Shown piece after piece: positions 1 through 10,659 of a DNA stretch of 64,000 bases (positions within the stretch are counted from its first letter, which is position 1; each line of letters opens with the position of its first letter). The stretch covers positions 81,532,001 through 81,596,000 of the forward strand of contig NC_087437.1 of assembly GCF_036321535.1 (NCBI RefSeq), written 5' to 3'. The translations under genes were made by a program, and so were the position numbers. The stretch is from Camelus dromedarius. Taxonomy: Eukaryota. The notes beneath the pieces were generated by a model, which had not been told where the DNA came from, made no database searches, and saw only the letters and a list, made by a program, of their open reading frames with translations.

Positions 1-3000
1 CTCACCCTGAAGAAATTCACTATCCACAATTATTCCCACTCCAGGGAGTGACCCTACAAGTGCTTGCAGCCAGACTCTGGCAAAACCTTCATTTCCAGAT
101 ACAAATTAATGAGGCTACCCACTCATCCCAGAAGTCCCACCAGTGTGCTCACTGTGAGAAGACTTTTAAGCGGAAAGACCACCTGAAAAACCACCCCCAA
201 ACACATGACTCCAACAAAATGGCCTTTGGGTGTGAGGAGTGTGGGAAGAAGTACAACACTATGCTGGGCTACAAGAGCCACCTGGCCCTCCCTGCAGCCA
301 GCAGCGGTGACCTCACCTGCAGGGTTTGTGCCCTGGAGCTGGGGAGCACAGAGGTGCTGCTGGACCACCTCAAAGCCCACGCAGAGGAGACGCCCCCTAG
401 TGGAACCAAGGAAAAGAAGCACCAGTGCGACCACTGTGAAAGATGCTTCTACACCCTGAAAGACGTGTGGTGCCACCTGGTGATCCACACAGGCTGTAAG
501 GACTTCCCGTGTCAGTTTTGTGCCCAGAGATTTGAGCGCAAAAACCACCAAAAATGACATACCAAGAAGACACACTCAGGAGCTGATGAAAGGGAGTTTG
601 CAGTCTGCAGACCTTCTGAGCACCTTCCACTCCATCTCTCCCCAGTTTCGACTGAGGGTGGCCCCGCTGTCTCCTTTCCCTTTAGGAGCTCCTGCACAGA
701 ACGGGCTTGCAAGTAGCTTGCCAGCTGAGGTACACAGCCACACCCACAATCCCCCGGAGCCAACCTCCCAGCCTGTCCCGGGGCTGCCAGAGCTCCTGGC
801 ACCCCTGCGCACCCACCCTCCCCGCAGTAGCTTCTCCCAAGCTCTCCTCCACCACCCCACCAGAATCACAAGTACAACACCAGTTCTACCTCATACTCCC
901 CACTTCAAGCCTGCCCCTCAAAGCAGTTACTAAAGGATTCAGCAATACCAATTTGCTTGAGGACTGGCCTCTGCAAGAGCCTCAGTCACCTCACAAGCAA
1001 GCTCAACCCAGATTTTGATCTGGCTAAGAGAGGTGCTGGTAAAGTCAACCTGCCCAGGGAGCTGCCTGCAGACGCTGTGAACCTAACAATAGCTGCCTCT
1101 TTGGACCTTTCCCCCTTGTTGGGCTTCTGGCAGCTGCCCCCTCCTGCTACCCAAAATGCCTTTGGGAATAACACTCCCACCCTGGGGCCTAGGGAATCTC
1201 TGCCCCATAGGCTAAGCTGTCTGGGACAGCAGCAACAAGATCCCTCACTAGCCACGAGCACTATGAGCCTGGGCCAGCTCCCCCTCCCTCCCATCCCCCC
1301 CATGTTCCCAGCTGGCACTGGTTCAGCTATCCTGCCTCATTTCCACCATGCATTCTGATGACTGGTTTTGAAAGCCTACCTTTCTCATTCTGGAAGATGT
1401 TTTAAGAAGCATTTTAAACATCAGTTATGATACAAAGAAGGATTTGGAAAGCAGGACTGGACTATGATGACTGGCTTGAGCGAAGAGAGTTCTCGAACTG
1501 CATGTGTTGTGCCAATCTGTCCTGAATGTTCATGCTTTGTACCAAATTTAATAAGCAAGTATTCTTTGATGGAACTGCAATTATCGTCATAACCGACATC
1601 CATGCGAGGGCTGCTATATATAGGTATTTGTCAAATTGAATTTAATCGTAAGCCATGATCATAATAATGTTAACTAAATAACTTTATGTGGCACTGCCTA
1701 ATAAGGGAACTATGGAAAGTTTAGGATTTCTCCAAAATGGGAAGATTTTTAAAATAAGAAAATAACCTTTATATTGCATATTATAACTAGGCTGTGTTTT
1801 TCTTTTTTTAACATTTTTTATTGATTTATAATCATTTTACAATGTTGTGTCAAATTCCAGTGTAGAGTACAATTTTCCAGTTATACATGAACATATAGAT
1901 ATTCATTGTCACATTTTTTTCTCTGTGAGCTACCATAAGATCTTGTGTATATTTCCCTGTGCTATACAGTATAATCTTGTTTATCTATTCTACAGTTTTA
2001 AAATCCTGTCTATCCCTTCCCACCCTCCACCCCCTTGGCAACCACAAGTTTGTATTCTATGTCTATAAGTCTATTTCTGTTTAGTATTTATGCTTTGTTT
2101 TTTTGTTTTTGTTTTTTAGATTCCACATATGAGCGATCTCATATGGTATTTTTCTTTCTCTTTCTGGCTTACTTCACTTAGAATGACATTCTCTAGGAGC
2201 ATCCATGTTGCTGCAAATGGCATTATGTTGTTGGTTTTTATGGTTGAATAGTATTCCATTGTATAAATATACCACTTCTTCTTTATCCAGTCATCCGTTG
2301 ATGGACATTTAGGCTGTTTCCATGTCTTGGCTATTGTAAATAGTGCTGCTATGAACATTGGGGTGCAGGTGTCATCCTGAAGTAGGGTTCCTTCTGGATA
2401 TAAGCCCAGGAGCAGGATTCCTGGGTCATATGGTAAGTCTATTCCTAGTCTTTTGAGGAATCTCCATACTGTTTTCCACAGTGGCTGCACCAAACTGCAT
2501 TCCCACCAGCAGTGTAGGAGGGTTCCCCTTTCTCCACAGCCTCTCCAGCATTTGTCATTCGTGGATTTTTGAATGATGGCCATTCTGACTGGTGTGAGGT
2601 GATACCTCATTGTAGTTTTGATTTGCATTTCTCTGATAATTAGTGATATTGAGCATTTTTTCATGTGCTTATTGATCATTTGTATGTCTTCCTTGGAGAA
2701 TTGCTTGTTCAGGTCTTTTACCCATCTTTGGATTGGGTTGTTTGGTGTGTTTTTCTTTTCAGAGATTTTTCTGAATGTAGTTTAGTTACTATTGCCATAG
2801 CCAACCTATAGTTTTACAGAAACAATTTCTTCTGGAATAATGATGAGACATCTCCATTTTTAAAAAGCATTTTAAATGTAGTTTGAATATTTTCCACAGG
2901 ATGCTACAATGTGAGTTATCATCTACTTCATTTATCTTAAAGACTAAACTGATTGTCAGTTACATCTGACAGAAAAAAAAAAGTCACTGTGTAACCAGGT

Positions 3001-3412
3001 TAAGTGGTAAAATAATCCAGGCATCAGTCAAAACAAGTATTTTACTAACTTTAATATTGATTACATTTTAACAGAAATTTAAGAATATTACTGGAATTAA
3101 AATGCATATATTAAAGAAGAATTCCCTTTACTCTGTCTGGCTTAAAATACTACTTTGCTTAAGTATTTTTAATCACCAATAAGTAATTGCATTTTAAAAT
3201 TCATCATTTAAGTCAATATTAGTTTTATTCAAAAAAGATAATATTTTACAATGTAACTATAAACTCTGCCTTGAATTTGGTATCTAATGAGTTTTTAAAA
3301 TATAAAACCTAGCCTTTTTTTTTTAAAGCTCCTTTGTCTTTTGTGTTTAGAGGCTTTCTATATGAAGATGTATCTTACATATAATAAACTACAAATTCTG
3401 CAAAAAAAAAAA
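1..3412 (+). pseudogene. PLAGL1: Processed pseudogene of PLAGL1 (ZAC1) C2H2 zinc-finger gene; 5' end lies outside the window
   Basis: Translations match PLAGL1 in pieces: [20 protein letters not shown]..., [19 protein letters not shown]..., C-terminal ...[14 protein letters not shown]...[12 protein letters not shown] ending at 1358. Lesions: TGA at 49-51, ~7-nt deletion near 114, frameshifts near 550, ~810-860 and ~990. No intron at the KLMR/HMAT coding junction. The 3' UTR ends with AATAAA (3383-3388) and a genomic poly(A) (3402-3412). Confidence 0.95.
1807..2745 (-). mobile_element. Young 5'-truncated LINE-1 inserted in the PLAGL1 retrocopy 3' UTR
   Basis: Open ORF2 C-terminus at 2116-2679 (...[19 protein letters not shown]...[24 protein letters not shown]...), L1 3' UTR and T-rich tail on the left. 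Perfect 14-bp TSD TGTGTTTTTCTTTT at 1793-1806 and 2746-2759. Confidence 0.95.
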
Positions 3413-3840
3413 TTACCATCACAGATAGAAATAACCCAAATGTCCACCAACAGATAAACAAAATGTGATATACACATACAATGGAACAGTATTCAGCCTT
3501 AAAAAGGAGTGAAATTATGACACATACTACAATATGTTTGAACCTTGAAGTAGAATGCTAAGTGAAATAAGCCAGTCATAAAAGAATATTGTATATCTCC
3601 ACTTATATGAGATACCTAGAGTAGTCAGATTCATGGAGACAGAAAGTAGAATGGTAGTTGCCAGAAGGAAATAGAGAGTTATTGTTGAATGAGTACACAG
3701 TTTCAGTTTGATAAAAAAAAGTTCAGGAGATAGATAGCTGTGAAGGTTGCACAGCAATGTGAATGTACTTGATGTCACTGAGCAATGGTTATAATGCCAA
3801 ATTTTATGTTATGTTTATTTTACTACAGTAAAAAATAATG
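3413..3840 (+). mobile_element. Older L1M-type 3' end fragment
   Basis: Typical L1 3' motifs (AACCCAAATGTCC, TATTCAGCCTTAAAAAGG, GCTAAGTGAAATAAGCCAGTCA), degenerate. Confidence 0.8.
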
Positions 3841-4140
3841 AATTACTTACAAGTGTAGACTTTGCTATGATGCAGACACTATGTTAAAGGTTTACATTGA
3901 TTTTCTCACTTAATGCCTATTGATATCCCCATGTTTAGATAATAATCTAATAAATGAGTGAAATGTTTCCTGTCTACACCTGTGGCACATCCCATAAATG
4001 AGACTCATGTTGGCCTCTCCCAGGAAATGTTACTGACTCCACTCCTCCAAACCTTCCCTCCCCCTCCAGTGATCCTCCTTCCATGGACTTCTTGGCTACC
4101 ACTACCACAAACCAGAGGAGCAGCCCCGCTGTACTACCTC

Positions 4141-4370
4141 TAAGGCAGTGCAGACTAGTGGTTGAGGCTTGGGCTCTGGAGTGTCACTGTCCGGGTCTTC
4201 ATCTGCCATCTGTACACTGACCTTGGGCAAGTTTCTTAATCTGCCTGTGCTTCAGTCTCCACAGCTAAAAGGTACCAAACTTCACAGGGTCGCTCAGAGG
4301 CTTACATGAGCTAAGGCACGTACAGCAACCAGAACAATGTCTGCCATGTATTAAGTGGTCAGAAAACGTT
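4141..4370 (+). mobile_element. MIR SINE (further MIR-like fragments near 4440-4570, 5630-5800, 7990-8150, 21490-21680, 32270-32480, 37000-37210)
   Basis: MIR core GACCTTGGGCAAGTTTCTTAATCTGCCTGTGCTTCAGT and MIR-like flanks. Confidence 0.75.
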
Positions 4371-6836
4371 AGCCACTGATGTATCGCATAGCCATCTGGA
4401 AGCAACAGCCTGTCCCGGGGATGCAGCAGGAAGAATAAAGATCACTCAAGAGAGAAGGGACCTTAGAGATCATTTTACAGATGATGGCACAGAGAAGGCC
4501 ATAATGGCTCAATGTCTTGCCCGAGGTCACACAGGTGGTCAGGGGCAGCGCCAGAGCCAGACTCAGGTTCTCTCTGACACAACACAATGCCCTCGAGGAA
4601 AAGAAAGCAAGACATATTCAAACTGACTTTCCACTTAGGTGCATATTACAGAACTTATCTATCTCAATAATTGTACATAATGAAGTTACAAGTATTAACA
4701 TGTGAATAGATGATTCTCTCAGCCAAATGAAGAAGAGCTATTGGCACACACTGTGTGAACACGGTTGGGGAGGGGCACAATAATCACATGTCAGAGACTT
4801 CAGGGTATGGCCTGTTTCTGAAAAGAAGCCTGGGTAATAGTCCAGAATGCGAGACCACCTCAGCAGAGCTCTGAGACAGCCCTTACAGAGTGAGTCTTAT
4901 AAAGCAGGGCCCAGACTCACTGGTCAGTCCTGCCCACCCAGCCTACAGGTCCTGACTGGTGATGGGAAGCAGTGGAGCAGGTGGGGAGGGAATGCTGGGA
5001 GAGGAGTAGAGACGGACTCCAGAGATGGATTGTTCCAGAAACAACTCCACTCTAAAACTGCTGCCAGTTCGGCTCACTGTCCCCCACCAATCTTACCTCC
5101 CAAGCTTCTCCTTCCCCAACAGGCTCTCCATGCCACCCCCTCCTACCTCTCCCCTCTTTCCAACTTTTCCACCCACTAACCTCTGACACATTATCCTGCA
5201 TCACAACCCTGAGGATAGATTTACACTTTCCAGCCTCAGTGTTTTGCCCACACTTTCCTTTCCTCCTAGAATGCCTGCCACCTTCAGTTCTATAATCCAT
5301 TTTCCCTCGACCAAAACTGTCTGGTAAACTCCCTTCCCAGAAATGCCAACCTTTCCATGAAGCCACCCACAATCAGAAGTCTGCTTTCCATCCTCTGTGC
5401 CCTCAGAATCTTCTAGATCTTTCTAAGGTACTTGATAAATTCTCCCTCACTCCCTTCTCAAGACTCTCGCTCCTTTACAGCCTTATACAGTGCCTTGCTA
5501 ACAAGTGGTCTGCACTCAGTGAACACTAGTTGCTAAGTGTAGAGATCAGAATGGCAGCTGGGGAAATCAATGTGCAGCAAGGGAAGCTGAGAAGGAAGGC
5601 AATGAAGAGTGGGTCCAACAGCAAATACTAACTCTGTGCCAGAACTACTCTAATGTTTAACTTAGTTTTCAAGGCAATCCCATGAGATAGGTGCTATTAT
5701 CTCCACATACGGAGCGGGAAACTGCAGTACGTATGGGCCCAGTAACTTGCTCCAGGTCAAACAGCAGGGTTTTGAATGGAAGCAGGCCAGCTAGCTCTTT
5801 ATATGGTTTCTCTACAATGCTGTTCTCTCTAACTCTGCAACCCTGAAAGCCACTTCAACTCTTCCACTCACAGTATGCGCTGCCTTTCTGAATCAAAAAC
5901 ATTCTCTGCAACCTGCAATTAGAGCACCTACTGCTTTCCAAGCCAGAAATTAAAGATCAGTTCTGGTCATATCACCATGACAGTAAATAACATACGATAA
6001 AGTCTCCAATCCAAAACACTGCTTAAACAGAGACCTCTACACATGTTTGTAATGGAATGGGCCTCAGGCCACTCACCCAGCTCAATATCTGCCATCATCT
6101 CCATTTCTAAATCCTGAAATATATGCCAGATTTATGTGCATAAACACCTAACAATAACTCAGAATATTACTTGGAGAGAATTATGGGGTTAATATACACA
6201 CAATTACTTGGGGAGAATTATGAGGTTACTGATGTACACACCAGCAGTCTGTCACATGTTTAATGTGATTTTTAACAATCATAAAGGAACTGTGGGCCAC
6301 CACTATGGATAGGAGGATATAGAAAATACATTGAGCTACCTTCACATGTAAATGAAACAATAATTACCTATATCAATTCAGGATTTAAATAATTTAATAT
6401 TAAACATCCCATTAAAGGAAGCAAAAGTTTTGTTAATTCTAAATAAGCCAGATAACTTTCTCTATCTTCTGTCAAAACAGTTAGGAAGTGGGGGATGGAT
6501 AAAGATTCCGGCTTTACAAATGAATGCTCTGTTCTCACAGAAAGAAAACAGAAAAATAAATTGGTCAGTAGATTCCACTTTGAAGTTAGGAGAAGCTTAT
6601 AACAGGATAACAGTTAAATTTATGTTCCCAGGAAATTTTAAAATAGCATACAGATGACCAAATTAAATAAAAATAAAAGGTTAGCAAAGCAAAAGAAAAA
6701 GAAACGAGGGTCTGTGCAGTTTGTGGCAGCAAGAGATATTTTTCTCTCCCTGATGAAGAGAAGGCAGCGAGAACAGCAAAAAGGGTAGAGCTCACAGCGG
6801 GAGAAATAGGATATCCAGCACGTATCCAAAACTTAC

Positions 6837-7150
6837 CCAACTCGGTCTTATTCACACTTTTTTCCCCACTTTGCCAGTTTTAAATCAGACAGCGGCTGGG
6901 CTTTTGTTGTTGATGTTTCTGTCCTTTTGATCCCAGAGCCCCATAAAATTAAACTGTGTGTTGGATGGGATCTGGCCCCTTGTCTCATTAGAGGGGGAGA
7001 GTTTTAAACTTGGATCCCTGGTGGCTTCTTTGGGTAAATGAATAAATAATAAGCGGCTGAAAGGAGAGGACGTGGGGGACGTGCTCAGCTGACGTCGGGC
7101 CCGAGAAGGGGCCGCACAGCTCCTCAGCGCAGCTGTCCAGATGTGCCTCA
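6837..7150 (-). other. TMEM45A: TMEM45A non-coding exon 1 (5' UTR); coding exons lie outside the window to the left
   Basis: Minus strand resembles the TMEM45A 5' UTR as I recall it (GCACATCTGGACAGCTG...ATGGGGCTCTGGGATCAAAAG...CCCAGCCGCTGTCTGA...GAGTTGG). Strong donor GG|GTAAGT (plus ACTTAC 6831-6836). Adjacent CpG island and synteny with LNP1/TOMM70. The TSS is approximate. Confidence 0.8.
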
Positions 7151-7620
7151 TCTGGTTCCCCCGAGGGGCACGAGCCTCGGCGGCCGCGGCTAGCAGAAGC
7201 TCCAGCTGATTGGTCTCCGGGGCTCTTTGCTTGCCGCCTATTGGCCGGCCGGCCCGCCACTCCCGTGGCCACGGGCCCGCCCCCGCCCGCCGGGCCCGCT
7301 CGCTGCATCCTCAAGAGGAACCTGGAAGTGCAGTGCGGGCGCTGATGTGGCACTCGGCGGCCGCCGCGGCCCGGGAGGGGCCCAGGGCCGAGAGGGGGAT
7401 CCTTCGCACCCAGGGCCTGCCGGTGCTCTGGCCCCTGTTATGCCCGTTCTTTTAGGCAGTCGGGCTTGTTTGTTTAAACCAGATGACTTCAGTCTGTTCT
7501 TGGGATGAAATTAAGGCGCGCCCCGCGCAGGCTTAAATCCCCAGCATTGCCGAGTGAAAGGGACTGAGGCTCCGGGATGCCCACGCCCCAAAAGGGCGTT
7601 CAGGCCACGCCTCAGAACTT
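7060..7620 (-). promoter_or_regulatory. CpG-island promoter of TMEM45A
   Basis: CpG-dense; two CCAAT boxes on the minus strand (plus ATTGG at ~7209 and ~7241); GC boxes around 7275-7290; ETS-like GGAAGT near 7324. Confidence 0.8.
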
Positions 7621-8307
7621 CACTCTCTCCTCTTTAGCCAGGGAGCGAATAATGAAATTCAAGAGCCTGTTCCTTTTGTTAGAGGAAAAACCTTAATGAA
7701 TCTTTCACTGAAGTCCTTATTAACCAGAAAGATGGTTCTTTCTGTAGAGAAGCCCAAGTTGGTTACAGGAGTGATTTGGAAGACTTGGTTGGTTTGGGGT
7801 TTTTATTGGGTGGTGGTAGTTCTAGGAAAACGAGAAATGTTCCTTTGTTCTGTGAGAATTTAGACAGGGCAGCACCAAACGATGCTTTGAAAGCTTGATT
7901 AGTTGGGGGGTTGTCTACAAATCAATCATCATTGTAATTTGAGGATGCTGACAGAAATGTGCCTCACTGACACATTAAGATGGCAAGAGCTACACTCATT
8001 GGGCCACACACCATGAACTGTGCCAGGATCTATGCTAAACTGCTTTACCTGCATTATCATATTTAATTCTTACAATCACCTTATGAAGTAGATTTTAAAA
8101 TCATCTCCATTTTCAGATGAGGTAACAGAGACACAGAGAAGCCTATCCCAGACCCCGAGGTCTCCAGTATATATGTTTGAATCATGAGTATATAAACTTA
8201 CCTGTCATTTTCCAGGAGTGAATGGGTCAGAATTTATTTCTGAGTGCCTCTACCTTCTGAAGTCCAAAGATTTCACTTCATGGATGATGTCCTCTTGGTT
8301 GGTATAT

Positions 8308-8690
8308 GTATTACTATTGCTATATAACAGATTACCACAAATTTAGTAGCTTGAAACACCACATGTTTATTACTGTTCCAGTTCTAAGAAGTGCAGGCAT
8401 AGCCTAAATGGATCCTCTGCTCAGGGTCTCACAAGGCTGCAACCATTGTGTCTGTCAGGCTGCATCCTCATCTGGAGGCTCAGGTAGGGAGCACCTGCTT
8501 CCATGCTCCCTCAGGTTGTTGTCAGGATTCATTTCTTTGCAGCTGTAGGGCTGCATCCCAGTTTCTTTCTGGCTGTCAGCTAGCAGCTGCCCCTACCTCC
8601 GATAGTCTAGTCTCAGGCTCCTGCAATTCCTAAAAGCCAGGACGTGCTGATCATGGGGAGCCACCTTACAGTCTGTCTGCCACAGTGGAC
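8308..8690. mobile_element. MaLR (MLT1-type) solo LTR
   Basis: TATTGCTATATAACAGATTACCACAAATTTAGTAGCTTGAAACA...CTCTGCTCAGGGTCTCACAAGGCTGCAA motifs. Confidence 0.7.
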
Positions 8691-9049
8691 TAGTCAGACA
8701 CCTCAGTCTCTGCAACCCTGACTGCAGTGTCATATCACCTCCACGAGCCCTTCAAAAATTGAATCCCACTCACCAAGTTAAAAAAAAAAAAGAAGTGAAT
8801 GGATTCACAGCCCTCAATCCTCTGGCAGTCAAGGAAATCCATAAAGGAGGGTTGGCCCTTGAAATTAATCATGAGTTTGGCTTTCTGGAACATTTATAAT
8901 CTGATGACAGTACACATTTTATCCAAAAAGTCACTTAACAATAGGCTGATAGTCAAGGTCAACCTTCTCAAGGTCAACTCATTCTCATTAACAAGTGTCC
9001 GATATTATTAACCATTGGAATAGCTTCCTCAAACATCTACTAAAAATAA

Positions 9050-10650
9050 ATGATTTCTGGGGACCTCTTTCAAGAAGATGGAGTAGACATCATTTTCCCT
9101 ATTTCTTCTGCTAGTACAACCACAAATCCTAACCTTATATATAAACAAATATGAGAAGACTTTGAAAGGCTGAAAGAAGAAAGCAAACGGTCTAGGAATC
9201 TAGGGACCCAAGGAAGGACATGATACTGAATTCTCTGGGTTTTCTTCTTGTCTCTTTGACCCAGACTTGGAGCCCAGCAAAAGCCTGTTGACTTTTGTTG
9301 TTAGCCAAAGAGCCAGGAAGGAGTAGCCTAGGAAGACAAATAAAAGTTTAGACAATAATGGCTATACTCCAGTCAAACACCCCAGAAAAAACTGTGGCTT
9401 CCCCTACACCTATGTCAGCGAAGGCCAAATTGAATCCTAAATTTCCACCTGTACCAGGCTATAATAAGGTGAAAACAAAGGGCTAGTTCTTTGAAAAGAT
9501 CAGTATACTGAGCAAACTGCTGGCATGACTGACAAAGAAAATAAAGAGAGAAGACACAAATTACCACTGTCAGGAAGAAAACAGAAGCTCTCACTATAGA
9601 CCTTGCAGGCATCAAAAACAAAATAAGGGAATACTCCAAACAACTCGACACACATAAATTTGACTTAAAAGAAATGGACCAATTCCTTGAAAAACACAAA
9701 TTACCACAACTCGCCCAATATGAACTAAATAATGTGAGTAGCCCTGTAACTATTAAGGAAATGGAATTCATAATTCAAATACTCCCAAAAAAGAAATTTC
9801 CAGGCCCAGATGCTTTCACTAGAGAACTCTAGCAAATGCTTATAGAACAATTAACACCAATCCTTCATAATCTCTTCCAGAATATAGGAAAGAACACTTT
9901 CCAACTGACTTTATGAAGAGAGTGTTACTCTGATGGAAAACCAAAGAAATAACAGCACAAAGAAGAAAACTACAAATCAATATCCCTCATGAACATAGAT
10001 ACAAAAATTCTTAACAAAATATTAACAAATTCAGCAATATATAAAAATTATTATACATCATGACCAAGTAGGATTTTTCCCCCAGGGATGCAAGGTTTGT
10101 TTAACACTTAAAAATCAATCAGTGTAATCGATGACATTAACAGACTAAAGAAAAAATACACAAACATATTAATCAATGTAGAACAAGCATTTGACAAAGT
10201 TCAGCATCATGAAAACACTCCAAAAAGTAGAAATAGAGGAGAGAACTTTCACAAGACCACCTACAAAAAGCCACAGCTAACATTATACTTACTGTGAAAA
10301 ACTAAATATTTTTCTTATGTACTTTGTGATTCTATTTATGTAACATACTTGAAATGACAAAATCATGGGAAAGGAAAACAGATTAATGATTGCCAGGGGT
10401 TAAGGACGTGGTAGGGTGGAAGGCAAATGAGTGGAGCTATGAAAGAGCAACACTCCTTGTGGTGTGGGAAGTGTTCCCCATAGTTTGACTGAAGCAGTGG
10501 GATATTGCTGCAATATTGTACTAAAATCTTGCAAAATGTTACAATTGGGGAAAACTGGTTAAAGAGTACATGAGGTCTCTCTGTATTATTTCTTACAGCT
10601 GTATGTGCATATATAATTATCTCAAAATAAAAATTTTAATTAAAAAAAGA
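9050..10650 (+). mobile_element. Fragmented old LINE-1 (ORF2 pieces plus 3' end)
   Basis: Degenerate ORF2 motifs (GAAATGGACCAATTCCTTGAAAA, CCAGGCCCAGATGCTTTCACT, AATATCCCTCATGAACATAGA); A-rich end near 10645. Confidence 0.8.
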
Positions 10651-10659
10651 AAGATTTTT

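Noticed and set aside
48..1358. ORFs 48-557, 520-933, 707-1018 and 957-1358 as functional zinc-finger or proline-rich genes
   Set aside because: They are frameshifted pieces of one PLAGL1 retrocopy with a premature stop, a lost zinc ligand (LALPAA) and mostly non-ATG starts.
2116..2679. 187-aa ORF as a host gene
   Set aside because: C-terminus of L1 ORF2 in a 5'-truncated insertion with no promoter.
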